From: Candidatus Magasanikiibacteriota bacterium
GTDB taxonomy: Bacteria > Patescibacteriota > Patescibacteriia > Magasanikbacterales > JACTTX01
Length of the DNA: 57,551 nucleotides
Assembly (NCBI GenBank): GCA_015661005.1
Contig: JACTTX010000006.1
Coordinates: forward strand, 1-57,551
Direction: 5' to 3'
Part shown: piece by piece, positions 19,701 through 29,300 of the stretch
Layout: each line of letters starts with the position of its first letter
Position numbering within the stretch: the stretch's first letter is position 1
Notes under the pieces: generated by a model
Database searches by the model: none
What the model saw: the letters and a program-made list of their open reading frames with translations, nothing else
What the model was told of the DNA's origin: nothing
Position numbers and translations under genes: made by a program

Positions 19701-20498
19701 TTAAAATTTTAGGTGAGCAAGGGTTCCGGGAATTTTAATTTCCGAGTTGTGTTGCGTCATTCCGTCGCCGGTGATTTCCACCATGGCTCCCCCGGAGTAA
19801 AAAGTAAGATGCAGACGATTTTCTTCAATGACTTTTTTGACAAACTTAAGACCGTTGCCGCGCCGTTCCGGCTCGCGCCCGGAAACCATCTCCGTAAACG
19901 CAATCCGCAAGGCATCAACATCACTTTCAACTTCCGGACGCACGCGTTTGATAGTGGCATAAACGCCTTGTCCGCGATCGGCAAGCACAATTTCCCGGCC
20001 GACAACATCTAAACCAAAAAAAATACCCGGAATATCCTGCCAATGTCCGATGTTATGATCAAAAGAATTATTGCCGATTTCACCGACGGCCGCAACCAAC
20101 AAATAAACAAAGTCGTCGTTCTTTCTTAGCTTCTTAAGATCATTGATCAGACGATCGGTGCGAGCTTGAAATACATCACGCGTCTGACAAAATTGATCCG
20201 CAGGCAACATGGACCTGTCACCGGACACGGCCCAATTAATGGTATTATCAATTAAATTTGACTGCTGTTTCATACTTTTAGCATACCCATAGTACCGCAC
20301 TTTTGGGGGTTTGCCTACTTTATATATCCGGTGATTTTCCTGCATTTTTTTGAGATGCCGAAACACGCCAGTGGGATTATGGCGAAGATGATTAATAATG
20401 TCCTGCGAGCGAACACCGGCGTTTTTTTGGATAAACTCGTATATTCGTCTTTCTGTATCAGTGACCATATGATGTATAGTACAGTGTTTATTGTACAC
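19701..20498 (-). CDS. wHTH + GHKL (HATPase_c-like) ATP-binding protein
   Basis: N-terminal wHTH (RIYEFIQKNAGVRSQDIINHL). N-box-like GEIGNNSFDH, G1 box LADRGQGV and G2 box GNGLKF. The start may instead be M11 (20468). Confidence 0.6.
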   Translation of the reverse strand: MYNKHCTIHHMVTDTERRIYEFIQKNAGVRSQDIINHLRHNPTGVFRHLKKMQENHRIYKVGKPPKVRYYGYAKSMKQQSNLIDNTINWAVSGDRSMLPADQFCQTRDVFQARTDRLINDLKKLRKNDDFVYLLVAAVGEIGNNSFDHNIGHWQDIPGIFFGLDVVGREIVLADRGQGVYATIKRVRPEVESDVDALRIAFTEMVSGREPERRGNGLKFVKKVIEENRLHLTFYSGGAMVEITGDGMTQHNSEIKIPGTLAHLKF

Positions 20499-20560
20499 TA
20501 TACACTATAAACTTGTCAAGCGGTTGTGCCAATCGCGGCTGACCATTATACTGGTCCTAT

Positions 20561-21025
20561 ATGGAACAAAAATCTCCCATCATTCTGGCCACGGATCACG
20601 CCGGTTTTGTGCTCAAAGAAAGTATTAAAGAATATCTCAAATTTTTAGGAATGGAAGTGGAAGACATGGGCGCCACGCAATTCAAAGAAGATGACGACTA
20701 TCCGGATTATGCATCTCCGGCGGCAAAAAAAGTGGCGGCGGGCGGCGCCGAAGCGCGAGGAATTTTTTTCTGCGGCAATGCTGTTGGTGTTTGTATGATC
20801 GCCAACAAAACGCCGGGCATTCGCGCGGCCGTTGGTTTCAATACCGCCGTGGCCAAAACATCGCGCACTGATGATGACACTAATGTTCTCTGTCTGCCCG
20901 GCCGGATTCTCTCCAAGGACTTTGCCCGCGCGATTGTCCGCCTGTGGATAGAAACGCCGTTTTCCGGAGAAGAACGGCATATACGCCGGTTGGCGAAAGT
21001 GGCGGAGTTGGACCAAAAAAAGTAA
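20561..21025 (+). CDS. rpiB: Ribose-5-phosphate isomerase B
   Basis: ILATDHAGFVLKE, FCGNAVGVCMIANK and LCLPGR are typical of the RpiB/LacAB family. Confidence 0.85.
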   Translation: MEQKSPIILATDHAGFVLKESIKEYLKFLGMEVEDMGATQFKEDDDYPDYASPAAKKVAAGGAEARGIFFCGNAVGVCMIANKTPGIRAAVGFNTAVAKTSRTDDDTNVLCLPGRILSKDFARAIVRLWIETPFSGEERHIRRLAKVAELDQKK

Positions 21026-21121
21026 ATTGCAAATAGCGAACGGAGAGGCGCCAATAGCGTGTTTGATAGGATCATGCCCTTCCAAGACAATAGTAATGCG
21101 CAAATGACGTTCTTGTCTCAT

Positions 21122-21189
21122 GGTGAATAGTAATCGGCAAATGTCGTGTTGCTTAGAACAAGAACGACATTTGCCGATTACTATTCACC
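21122..21189. repeat. Nested palindromic REP/MITE-like element, copy 2 (core variant B)
   Basis: GGTGAATAGTAATCGGCAAATGTCGTGTTGCTTAGAACAAGAACGACATTTGCCGATTACTATTCACC. Confidence 0.85.
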
Positions 21190-21286
21190 ATACACGTCAT
21201 TTACGCTTCACTCTTTGATGACATTGTCATTGGCAACTCACTGTTCTGTTCGTCTGTCCAGTTGTCCCTTTGCCCCACTATTTCTT

Positions 21287-21928
21287 ATGCCTCAACTTAT
21301 TCCCGCAATTCTTGTCCACGATGCCGTCACTTTTGCCAAACGTCTGCACGCCGTGGAGGCGTTTGTTGATTTGGTGCAGATTGACGTCTTGAACAACACT
21401 TTCATTGAACGAACCAGTTGGGCTGATCCGGCCGTTATTGCGAAGATAGAAACCAAAATTGGTTTTGAGCTCCATTTGATGACCGCGGAACCGGAAGTGG
21501 TGGCGGCGCAATGGAAAAAAGTTTCCAATGTGCGTCGGGTGATTTTTCACCTTGAAGCTACTGATGATCCGGCCCGCGTCATTCAAGCCATTTTAAAACT
21601 CGGGTGGAAAGTCGGTATCGCGATCAATCCGGAAACGCCGCTTGGGGCGTTGGAGTTGTATCTGGATCGCGTTGAAGTTGTGCTTTTTTTGGGTGTGCAT
21701 CCGGGAGAGAGCGGCCGCGTTTTTTTGCCGGAAACAATTGAACGCCTTCGTGAATTTTCCAGCCGCGCCAAACGACCGCTCGTTGGCATTGACGGCGGCG
21801 TCAATCATGAAACAATCCCCGCCCTTAAAGCCGCCGGCGCGGAACTTTTTTACGCCGGCAGTGAAATTTTTGAAAAGCGCGCCTCGCCGGAGGAGGCGAT
21901 TAACGAGTTGAAGACACTCATTGCCTGA
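21287..21928 (+). CDS. rpe: Ribulose-phosphate 3-epimerase-like protein
   Basis: PAILVHD...VQIDVLNN, HLM, FHLEA, INPETP and GIDGGVN follow the Rpe TIM-barrel pattern. I chose the ATG at 21287 because the upstream part of the ORF overlaps the palindromic repeat. Confidence 0.7.
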   Translation: MPQLIPAILVHDAVTFAKRLHAVEAFVDLVQIDVLNNTFIERTSWADPAVIAKIETKIGFELHLMTAEPEVVAAQWKKVSNVRRVIFHLEATDDPARVIQAILKLGWKVGIAINPETPLGALELYLDRVEVVLFLGVHPGESGRVFLPETIERLREFSSRAKRPLVGIDGGVNHETIPALKAAGAELFYAGSEIFEKRASPEEAINELKTLIA

Positions 21929-22054
21929 AAAAAATTATGTCAATGCGCACCTCTCTGTTCATTCTCAAAAATACGCGCCATTGCTTGGCGCGATTTTTTT
22001 TGATACTCTTTTCGCATACATTCAGACACGTCCCCTCTAAACCTGTCCCCAAAT

Positions 22055-22996
22055 ATGTATGATCTGATTATTGTCGGCGGCTCGGCGGCCGGAGTGGCGG
22101 CGGCCATTTATGCGGCGCGGCGGCGTCTCCATTTTTTGTTAATCTCTCACGACATCGGCGGAGAAGTGGCCAGCTCCGGAGAAATAGAAAACTATCCGGG
22201 CTATGTGCACACTGATGGCTTGGAGATGACCAAAAAATATGAAGACCAGTTGGCGCATAATGAAGTGCCAATGGAAATCGGAAGCGACGTTTTAGCGGTG
22301 GCGCCAATCGCGGAGTTTGATAAAAATCGTGACGGAGAAAAAATTATCGCTGTCAAAATAAACCAACTTTCCGGCCAAGAAAAAATTCTTGAGGCCCGCG
22401 CCGTGATTGTGGCCTCCGGAATTAAACCAAGACATTTGGGCGTATCCGGAGAAACGGAACTTTATCACCATGGGGTCACTTATTGCACGGTTTGCGACGG
22501 CCCGCTTTTCAAAAATAAAATTACGGCTACGGTGGGCACAGGGAACTCCGCGCTGGAATCCGCGCTGATGATGTCCCAGATTGCCAAAAAAGTTTTTGTG
22601 CTCACTAAGTATCCAAGTTTCAAAGGCGAACAGGTGCTGATTGATAAAGTTGAATCCAGCCCGAATGTAGAAATTTTACGCGAGGCCATAACCACGCGCG
22701 TCATCGGCGAGAACGCCGTTTCCGGTCTTGAATACAAAAACAAAACCGGCGCCGTCATGACGCTTGATGCCCAAGGAGTGATGGTGCATATTGGACAGAC
22801 GCCGAATTCCGGTTTTATCCAAGTGGGAAAAGACAGCAATGGGCAGATCATCGTGGACAAACTTTGCCGGACCAATGTGCCGGGAATTTTTGCCGCCGGC
22901 GATGTAACCGATGTACCATATAAACAGATCGCGATTGCTTCCGGCCAAGGCGTCATCGCCGCTTTGGCGGCGATTGAGTACATCAATAGAAATTAA
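22055..22996 (+). CDS. trxB: Thioredoxin-disulfide reductase
   Basis: YDLIIVGGSAAGVAAAIYAARR, redox CTVCDG, GTGNSALE and GIFAAGDV. Confidence 0.85.
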   Translation: MYDLIIVGGSAAGVAAAIYAARRRLHFLLISHDIGGEVASSGEIENYPGYVHTDGLEMTKKYEDQLAHNEVPMEIGSDVLAVAPIAEFDKNRDGEKIIAVKINQLSGQEKILEARAVIVASGIKPRHLGVSGETELYHHGVTYCTVCDGPLFKNKITATVGTGNSALESALMMSQIAKKVFVLTKYPSFKGEQVLIDKVESSPNVEILREAITTRVIGENAVSGLEYKNKTGAVMTLDAQGVMVHIGQTPNSGFIQVGKDSNGQIIVDKLCRTNVPGIFAAGDVTDVPYKQIAIASGQGVIAALAAIEYINRN

Positions 22997-23021
22997 AGGC
23001 GCACTCACGGCGCCCAAAAAT

Positions 23022-23324
23022 ATGCCCCTCTCGGAAATTTTGAATAATCCACCGGCCAATTTTTCCGAGGCCGCCGTTATTGTGGTCGGCATCATTGGCG
23101 CTATTCTTCTTTTCTACAGCATTTTTTTGGACAAAGAACGGCGGCGCGACGCCGTTTCGCTCATTGGTTCGCTTGGACTTTTTGTGTATTCGCTCTCGGT
23201 GGGGAACGGTCTTTTGACCGCGGCCTTTGCCATTTACGGCTTGGGCAATCTGATTGAACTTATTTTAATCGCCACCGGCAAACACCAGCACGTGTGTTTT
23301 GATTGCGAGGAGAAGAAAAATTAA
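23022..23324 (+). CDS. Small membrane protein with C-terminal CxxC
   Basis: Three hydrophobic segments. The ATG at 23022 avoids overlap with trxB. Confidence 0.4.
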   Translation: MPLSEILNNPPANFSEAAVIVVGIIGAILLFYSIFLDKERRRDAVSLIGSLGLFVYSLSVGNGLLTAAFAIYGLGNLIELILIATGKHQHVCFDCEEKKN

Positions 23325-23620
23325 TCGTAAATATCATGATCACCAATATCGTAGAACCAGACGCCGCCATCATTGGTAAATTTGAATATGATTCTAATTT
23401 TATACGTCACTGAAAACGCCATATATCCATCAAACTTCCCATGCAATGCGTGTACATGAAGACGCGGGTCCGAGGGATCGGCAATAAAAAAATTTATCTT
23501 CGTTTTTAAATGTTGCTGAACATCGGACGGAATTCTTTTAAATTTCCGCCGAAATTTAGGATGAAACTCTATTCGCATACCCTCCTTTTTTAATTTGAAA
23601 TTATCTAAAAAGATCGTCAA
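23321..23620 (-). CDS. RelE/ParE-superfamily toxin
   Basis: FHPKFRRKFKRIP...DPRLHVHALHGKFDGYMAFSVTYKIRIIF follows the RelE/YafQ-like pattern. Confidence 0.7.
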   Translation of the reverse strand: MTIFLDNFKLKKEGMRIEFHPKFRRKFKRIPSDVQQHLKTKINFFIADPSDPRLHVHALHGKFDGYMAFSVTYKIRIIFKFTNDGGVWFYDIGDHDIYD

Positions 23621-23795
23621 TCGATTTTAATTCAATCCCCTCACCGCGTTCAAACTTTTTAGTATCGCGCGCGTATTGCCAAGCCAGCCACCGCTGAAGA
23701 ACGGCGCGGCGCAGACGCTGCCACCAATTCCGCCGCGGTTTGACGGTTATGTCAATCGCGGTTATTTGAGCCGAAGTAAAATTACTCATAGTCAT
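23601..23795 (-). CDS. Putative cognate antitoxin
   Basis: A 64-aa ORF that overlaps the toxin start by 20 nt. The call rests on position only. Confidence 0.4.
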   Translation of the reverse strand: MTMSNFTSAQITAIDITVKPRRNWWQRLRRAVLQRWLAWQYARDTKKFERGEGIELKSIDDLFR

Positions 23796-23854
23796 TCTGG
23801 TTCCACTATACCATCTTTCCCCACTCCGTCAAACTCTGCTATACTTTCCAAAGT

Positions 23855-24721
23855 ATGCCGGACATTCATGACAAAAAAGTAAAAAAATTGGAACGGGTGG
23901 CGCTCCAAATTCGCGAGGATATTATAAAGATGTTGGTGACGGCCGGAAGCGGGCACTCGGCCGGGCCCTTGGGCATGGTGGATATTTTCACGGCTTTTTA
24001 TTTTCACATCCTTCATCATAATCCCAAAAAACCGGATTGGCCGGATCGCGATCGTTTAATTCTTTCTAACGGCCACATGGCGCGTGCCGGTTATTTTCCG
24101 AAATCGTGGTTAAAGACCTTGCGTAAATTTGGAAGCCCGCTTCAAGGTCATCCGGAACGCAAACGTTTGCCCGGTGTGGAGACAACTTCCGGCCCCTTGG
24201 GATCAGGATTGGGACAAGCGGCGGGTTTGGCGTACGCCGCCAGAATGGATGGAAAAAAATGGCGGACGTATTGTTTGATGTCGGACGGAGAACAGGAAGC
24301 CGGCATCACTTGGGAAGCGGCGCTTTTTGCCGGACGCAATAAACTTTCCAATTTGACCGGCGTCATTGATCGCAACAACATCCAGATTGACGGAATGACG
24401 GAAGACATCATGCCGCTCGAACCGCTTCGTGAAAAATATGAAGCGTTCGGCTGGCACGTTTTAGAGGTTGGCGGACACAACATTGGCCAGTTTGTGGAAG
24501 CGGTGGAAGAGTCCAAATCAATTTTTGAAAAACCAACGGTCATCATTGCCCACACCATTCCCGGCCGCGGCGTTTCTTTTATGGAAAAGCGTTTTGAGTG
24601 GCACGGCAATCCCCCGGGAACAATTTCCCCATCCAACAATCCGCCGCCGGACGAGCAGACACGGATTGCCTTGCACGATCTGCGCACGCTCGACGGAAAA
24701 ATTATCAGCGAACATCAATAA
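23855..24721 (+). CDS. Transketolase, N-terminal (TPP-binding) subunit
   Basis: GSGHSAGPLGMVDIFTAFYF, LQGHPE, GPLGSGLGQAAG and SDGEQEAG. Confidence 0.85.
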   Translation: MPDIHDKKVKKLERVALQIREDIIKMLVTAGSGHSAGPLGMVDIFTAFYFHILHHNPKKPDWPDRDRLILSNGHMARAGYFPKSWLKTLRKFGSPLQGHPERKRLPGVETTSGPLGSGLGQAAGLAYAARMDGKKWRTYCLMSDGEQEAGITWEAALFAGRNKLSNLTGVIDRNNIQIDGMTEDIMPLEPLREKYEAFGWHVLEVGGHNIGQFVEAVEESKSIFEKPTVIIAHTIPGRGVSFMEKRFEWHGNPPGTISPSNNPPPDEQTRIALHDLRTLDGKIISEHQ

Positions 24722-24726
24722 AAATA

Positions 24727-24768
24727 ACATAAAACATAGAACATAGAACATAGAACATAGAACATAAA
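24727..24768. repeat. Tandem heptamer (ACATARA) x6
   Basis: acataaa acataga acataga acataga acataga acataaa. It lies between the transketolase N-subunit stop and the doxX start. Confidence 0.9.
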
Positions 24769-24777
24769 AAACAAATT

Positions 24778-25167
24778 ATGCTATCTCTATTCTTGATTGG
24801 ACGAATACTCTTTGGCGGATATTTTATAAAATCAGCGCTGGCGCATTTTATGAAACACCAAATGATGGCGGGCTATGCGGCATCGCGCGGCGTGCCGATG
24901 ACCGGATTCCTTATTCCCTTTTCCGGTCTCTTAATTTTGCTTGGTGGACTTTCCATTCTTCTTGGCGCTTATGTGAAAATCGGCGTTCTGCTGATTGCGC
25001 TATTTTTGATACCGGTTACTTTTTGGATGCATCCTTATTGGAAAGACGCAGACCCCAACATGAAAATGGCCAACACCGTGAACTTCTGGAAAAATCTCTG
25101 CTTGCTTGGCGCCGCGCTCATGCTCTTGGCGATTCCCGAGCCGTGGGTGTGGAGTGTTTTATTTTAG
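24778..25167 (+). CDS. DoxX-family membrane protein
   Basis: Four TM segments. LFLIGRILFGGYF..G..H.. follows the DoxX pattern. Confidence 0.6.
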   Translation: MLSLFLIGRILFGGYFIKSALAHFMKHQMMAGYAASRGVPMTGFLIPFSGLLILLGGLSILLGAYVKIGVLLIALFLIPVTFWMHPYWKDADPNMKMANTVNFWKNLCLLGAALMLLAIPEPWVWSVLF

Positions 25168-25200
25168 AAGTGGCGCCTTTGAGAGTGACACCTATACTAT

Positions 25201-26157
25201 ATGATCGAAAAACCAACGCGCGATGGCTACGGCCAAGGTTTAATTGAGGCCGGTCGCGCCAACCCAAAGGTGGTGGTGCTTTGCGCGGATTTGACGGAAT
25301 CCACGCGCTCGCTTGGTTTCAAAAAAGAATTCCCGGATCGCTTTGTGCAAATTGGCGTTTCCGAACAGAGCATGGCCGTGATTGCCGCCGGCATGGCGCT
25401 GGCCGGAAAAATTCCCTTCATTTCTTCTTACGCCGTTTTTTCTCCGGGACGCAACTGGGAACAAATTCGCACCAACATCGCGCTGAACGACGTCAATGTA
25501 AAAATTGCCGGCGCCCATGCCGGTGTTTCCGTGGGGCCGGATGGCGCCACCCATCAGGCGCTTGAGGATCTGGCCACGATGCGCGTGCTTTCCAATATGG
25601 TCGTGCTTTATCCTTGCGATATGCATGAAGCCCGAAAAGCAACTTTAGCCGCCGCGCAATTTCAGGGACCGGTCTACTTGCGGTTCGCCCGAGAAAAATC
25701 ACCAATTTTCACCACACCGGAAATGCCGTTTAAAATTGGCCGAGCGGAAATTTTATTTGACTCGGGCCGCCGCGGACGGCCGGACGTGGCGCTCGTTGCT
25801 TGCGGGCCTTTGCTTTATGAGGCCTTGCTCGCCGCGGAAATTCTCCGCCAAAAAAAAATCACGGCTCGCGTCATCAACAATCACACAGTGAAGCCAATGG
25901 ATGAAAAAACCATCCTGACCGCCGCCCACGATTGCGGCGCCATCGTGACCGTTGAAGAACACCAAGTGCAAGGCGGTATGGGATCACGAGTGGCGGAAAT
26001 TTTGGCGGCGCATAAGCCAACACCGATGGAATTTGTCGGGATGCCGGATCGTTACGGCGAATCCGGCGAACCGCGGGAATTATTGGAGGCCTTTCACCTG
26101 ACCGCGCCGTGGATTGTCAAGGCGGCCGTCAAAGTTATTAAGAGAAAATATGTTTGA
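25201..26157 (+). CDS. Transketolase, C-terminal (pyrimidine-binding) subunit
   Basis: RDGYGQGL, VGVSEQSMAVIAAGMA, GPDGATHQALEDLA and TVEEHQVQGGMGS. Confidence 0.85.
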   Translation: MIEKPTRDGYGQGLIEAGRANPKVVVLCADLTESTRSLGFKKEFPDRFVQIGVSEQSMAVIAAGMALAGKIPFISSYAVFSPGRNWEQIRTNIALNDVNVKIAGAHAGVSVGPDGATHQALEDLATMRVLSNMVVLYPCDMHEARKATLAAAQFQGPVYLRFAREKSPIFTTPEMPFKIGRAEILFDSGRRGRPDVALVACGPLLYEALLAAEILRQKKITARVINNHTVKPMDEKTILTAAHDCGAIVTVEEHQVQGGMGSRVAEILAAHKPTPMEFVGMPDRYGESGEPRELLEAFHLTAPWIVKAAVKVIKRKYV

Positions 26158-27112
26158 TTTGGTTTCCATCGGTGACTCCACCATTGACACTCTGCTCTCC
26201 ATTGACGACGCGGAGGTGAATTGTTCCATTCGCAAAGACCGCTGTCTTTTCTGCGTCAATTACGCTGACAAAATCGCCGTCAATTCCCTTCATCGTTCCG
26301 TCGCCGGAAACGCCGCCAACAACGCTATCGGCTCATCGCGCCTCGGAATGAAAACCGCGCTTTATACAATCGTGGGAAAAGACGAAGCCGGTGACTGGAT
26401 CGTGTCCAAACTTAAACAAGAACGCGTTTCCACCCATTACGTCCATCGCGATGAGCACACCAACGCCTCCACGGTCATCAACTTTCACGGCGAGCGAACC
26501 ATTCTGGTCTACCACGCCCCGCGCCAATATAATCTGCCAAATTTAGACGGCGTCAAATGGATTTATTACAGCTCCGTCGGAAAAAATCATACTCGCATCA
26601 ACAAACAACTGATGGCGTTTTTGAAAAAACATCCCAAAGTTAAATTGGGATACAATCCCGGAACATGGCAACTTAAAGCCGGAATAGACGCCATGCGGCC
26701 GGTGCTGGAACGGACTTACATTGTCTTTGTGAACAAAGAAGAGGCGGCGCGGATTGTCGGCCCCCAGCATGATGAACGCCATTATCTTTTAGAACTGCAT
26801 AAACTCGGACCAAAAATCTGCGTCATCACTGATGGACCAAACGGCTCCTACACTTTTGACGGCGAACATTTTCTCAAAATGGGAATTCTTCCGACACCGG
26901 TGGTGGAGCGCACCGGCGCCGGCGACTCTTTTGCCACCGCTTTCATCAGCGCCCTGCATTTTGGCAAACCGATCAAAACGGCCATGTGCTGGGGAACGGT
27001 GAACAGCGCCTCGGTGATTATGAAAATCGGCCCGATCGCCGGACTTTTAACGCGCGCCGGCTTGGACGCCATGCACAAAAAATACGGCTGTCGGCATCCG
27101 GTAGTATTTTAG
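26150..27112 (+). CDS. PfkB-family sugar kinase
   Basis: VSIGDSTIDT..., GGNAANNA and TGAGDSFATAF. The start at 26150 overlaps the upstream stop by 8 nt. Confidence 0.75.
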   Translation: MFDLVSIGDSTIDTLLSIDDAEVNCSIRKDRCLFCVNYADKIAVNSLHRSVAGNAANNAIGSSRLGMKTALYTIVGKDEAGDWIVSKLKQERVSTHYVHRDEHTNASTVINFHGERTILVYHAPRQYNLPNLDGVKWIYYSSVGKNHTRINKQLMAFLKKHPKVKLGYNPGTWQLKAGIDAMRPVLERTYIVFVNKEEAARIVGPQHDERHYLLELHKLGPKICVITDGPNGSYTFDGEHFLKMGILPTPVVERTGAGDSFATAFISALHFGKPIKTAMCWGTVNSASVIMKIGPIAGLLTRAGLDAMHKKYGCRHPVVF

Positions 27113-27115
27113 AAT

Positions 27116-28057
27116 ATGCTCGTTCCCTCCGCTCCCCTCCTCATCCGCGCCCGCAAAAACGGTTACGCCGTGCCGGCGTTCAACATCAATAATCTGGAAA
27201 TCGCCCAAGCCGTTTTGGAAACTGCGGCGGAAATGCGCTCACCGGTCATTCTGCAAACATCAGAAGGCGCGATTGACTACGCCGGTATGGATTATTTGGC
27301 GGCCATCGCACACACCGGCAGCCGACTCTTAAAAATTCCGGTGGCTTTTCACCTTGATCACGGAACAAATGTCGCGCTCGTGGAAAAAGCGATTGCGTCC
27401 GGACTTTACACCAGTGTCATGATTGACGGTTCGCGATTGCCGTTGGCGGAAAATATAAAACTCACCCGCCGGATTGTGGAGCTGGCGCACCGCCAAAAAA
27501 TTTCCGTGGAAGCGGAACTCGGAGCCATTCCCGGCGTTGAAGATAAACTTTCCGTGACGGAACGGGAAGCGTATTTCACAGACCCGGAACAAGCGGAAAA
27601 ATTTGTGCAGGAGACAAAATGCGACGCGCTCGCCATTGCCGTCGGCACGGCTCATGGCGCTTACAAATCAACCGGCGCCGCCATTTTGGATTTGGCGCGG
27701 CTTAAAAAAATTGCCGCTCTCGTCAAAATTCCGTTGGTGCTTCACGGCGCGTCCGGCGTTTCTCAAAAAATTCTGGACACCGCCCATCAGGGTTGTGAGC
27801 GGTTGGGCGATTGTGAACGATTGGAAGGCGCGACCGGCATCCCGAACAATCAAATCAAAGCGGCCGTCAAAAACGGCATCGCCAAAATAAACATTGACAC
27901 GGATTTGCGGATCGCTTTCACGGCCGGCATCCGCGCCGCGCTGATTAAAGACCGTCACGTTTTTGATCCCAGAAAAATTTTAGGCCCGGCTAAGGAGTTG
28001 ATGAAAAAAGTCGTCAAAGAAAAAATCGCGCTTTTTGGCGCGAAAGAAAAAGTTTAA
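27116..28057 (+). CDS. fba: Class II fructose/tagatose-bisphosphate aldolase
   Basis: AFNINNLE, PVILQTSEGA, HLDHG, GTAHGAYK and LVLHGASG. Confidence 0.85.
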   Translation: MLVPSAPLLIRARKNGYAVPAFNINNLEIAQAVLETAAEMRSPVILQTSEGAIDYAGMDYLAAIAHTGSRLLKIPVAFHLDHGTNVALVEKAIASGLYTSVMIDGSRLPLAENIKLTRRIVELAHRQKISVEAELGAIPGVEDKLSVTEREAYFTDPEQAEKFVQETKCDALAIAVGTAHGAYKSTGAAILDLARLKKIAALVKIPLVLHGASGVSQKILDTAHQGCERLGDCERLEGATGIPNNQIKAAVKNGIAKINIDTDLRIAFTAGIRAALIKDRHVFDPRKILGPAKELMKKVVKEKIALFGAKEKV

Positions 28058-28121
28058 AAAAAGTAGCCGACAAATGTCGTGTTTCTTAGAACAAGAACGA
28101 CATTTACCGGCTACTTTTTTT
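28055..28121. repeat. Nested palindromic REP/MITE-like element, copy 3 (core variant B); probably a bidirectional terminator
   Basis: AAAAAAAGTAGCCGACAAATGTCGTGTTTCTTAGAACAAGAACGACATTTACCGGCTACTTTTTTTT. It lies between convergent genes. Confidence 0.8.
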
Positions 28122-28154
28122 TATCGCTCTTGACCGGATTAGATTAAAATCGCG

Positions 28155-28466
28155 TTATACTTCCTCTGATTCCGTATCCGTTTCTTCCGCATTTAATTCA
28201 CTCCAACGCGCCGACAAGACGTCTTTAAGCTGGATCAAATCATCATCCTCATCCAACTCACCGTAAGTAATGGCGTCATTCAGCCGCTCTTCCACCGCTT
28301 CCGTATAGGCCTCCAAAGACGGAAACGGCTCCTCCTTGTGCAGAACTTTTAAATCCTCAAAAAATTTATTTTCCGGCGAAGCAAAAAATTCAGCCATAGT
28401 GCCCATCAGTATAAACAAAGGCGCGATTCTTGACAAACGGCGAGAATCCGCATAGGATATTATCAT
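28155..28466 (-). CDS. Hypothetical acidic protein
   Basis: ORF only. Confidence 0.35.
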   Translation of the reverse strand: MIISYADSRRLSRIAPLFILMGTMAEFFASPENKFFEDLKVLHKEEPFPSLEAYTEAVEERLNDAITYGELDEDDDLIQLKDVLSARWSELNAEETDTESEEV

Positions 28467-28724
28467 CGCGTACCTTTTTTTCGGGGTAGAGAGACGCGAC
28501 GGAGGATGCGGAAAACACGGATTAGGAACCGAGCTGTGTTTTTTGCAAACTTTGGGGCGGATGAGATATTGCCGGAATGGTTCCGGACATCGCGGTTGTT
28601 ACAGTTCCTCAAGGAGTTTAACCGCGTTTGCTCTCATCCGCCCTTTTTTAATCCAGATCTTTCAAAGAATTTAAAAAATCTCTACGGGATCGTCAAAAAT
28701 AAGTTATCCCCCTTTTTCCCCTCC

Positions 28725-29201
28725 CTACCGAAGCGCCACTAAAAGCGCCGCGTTCATAATCATAATCCAGCCGGACCAAATAAGATACGGCATCAAAAGC
28801 CAAGCCGCGATCTCCGATGTCTTTCTGGCAGTTAGTATCATGGCCGTGACGGACACGAGCAACATCAAAGAAACAATAAAGGCAATAAACAATTCTTTGA
28901 AACCGAAGAAAACAATGACCCAGGCCAAAGCCATGGCGCCATTAACCAAAAAAGGGCCGATGTCCACAACATCCTTGAAATCCTGAAGTACCAGCGCCGC
29001 GGCAATGGCGAATAGGACTATAACAAAAGTCCAGCCCCAGCCAAAGCTCATGGGTGTAATTGTGAATCCGGTATGAACCAGCCGTTCATACCAACTTAGA
29101 TTGGCCTTGGTTACGAGGGTAATAAAAAGTCCCAAGAGCGCCGTGGATAATATAAAAAGCAGAAGCGAGGCGTCTTTTTGTGATTTATAAATGAGTTTGG
29201 C
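28725..29201 (-). CDS. TspO/MBR-like tryptophan-rich membrane protein
   Basis: Five TM segments. WYERL...P..FGWGWT and LLMPYLIWSGW..MNAAL resemble TspO. Confidence 0.5.
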   Translation of the reverse strand, partial: AKLIYKSQKDASLLLFILSTALLGLFITLVTKANLSWYERLVHTGFTITPMSFGWGWTFVIVLFAIAAALVLQDFKDVVDIGPFLVNGAMALAWVIVFFGFKELFIAFIVSLMLLVSVTAMILTARKTSEIAAWLLMPYLIWSGWIMIMNAALLVALR

Positions 29202-29300
29202 CATATAAAGAACAATTAGTTTAAAATAGTATAACACAGAAATGCGTCGTCAACAACAACCTGTGGATTGTTTTTCGCCGTTGAGATAAGATTGGCTCAT

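Noticed and set aside
21146-21286. N-terminal extensions of several track ORFs: 21146, 22911, 26114, 29268, 32226, 38911, 39850, 41409, 45903, 45935, 57019.
   Set aside because: The extensions overlap upstream genes or palindromic repeats and lack homology. Internal ATG starts give canonical N-termini (signal peptides, P-loops and similar).
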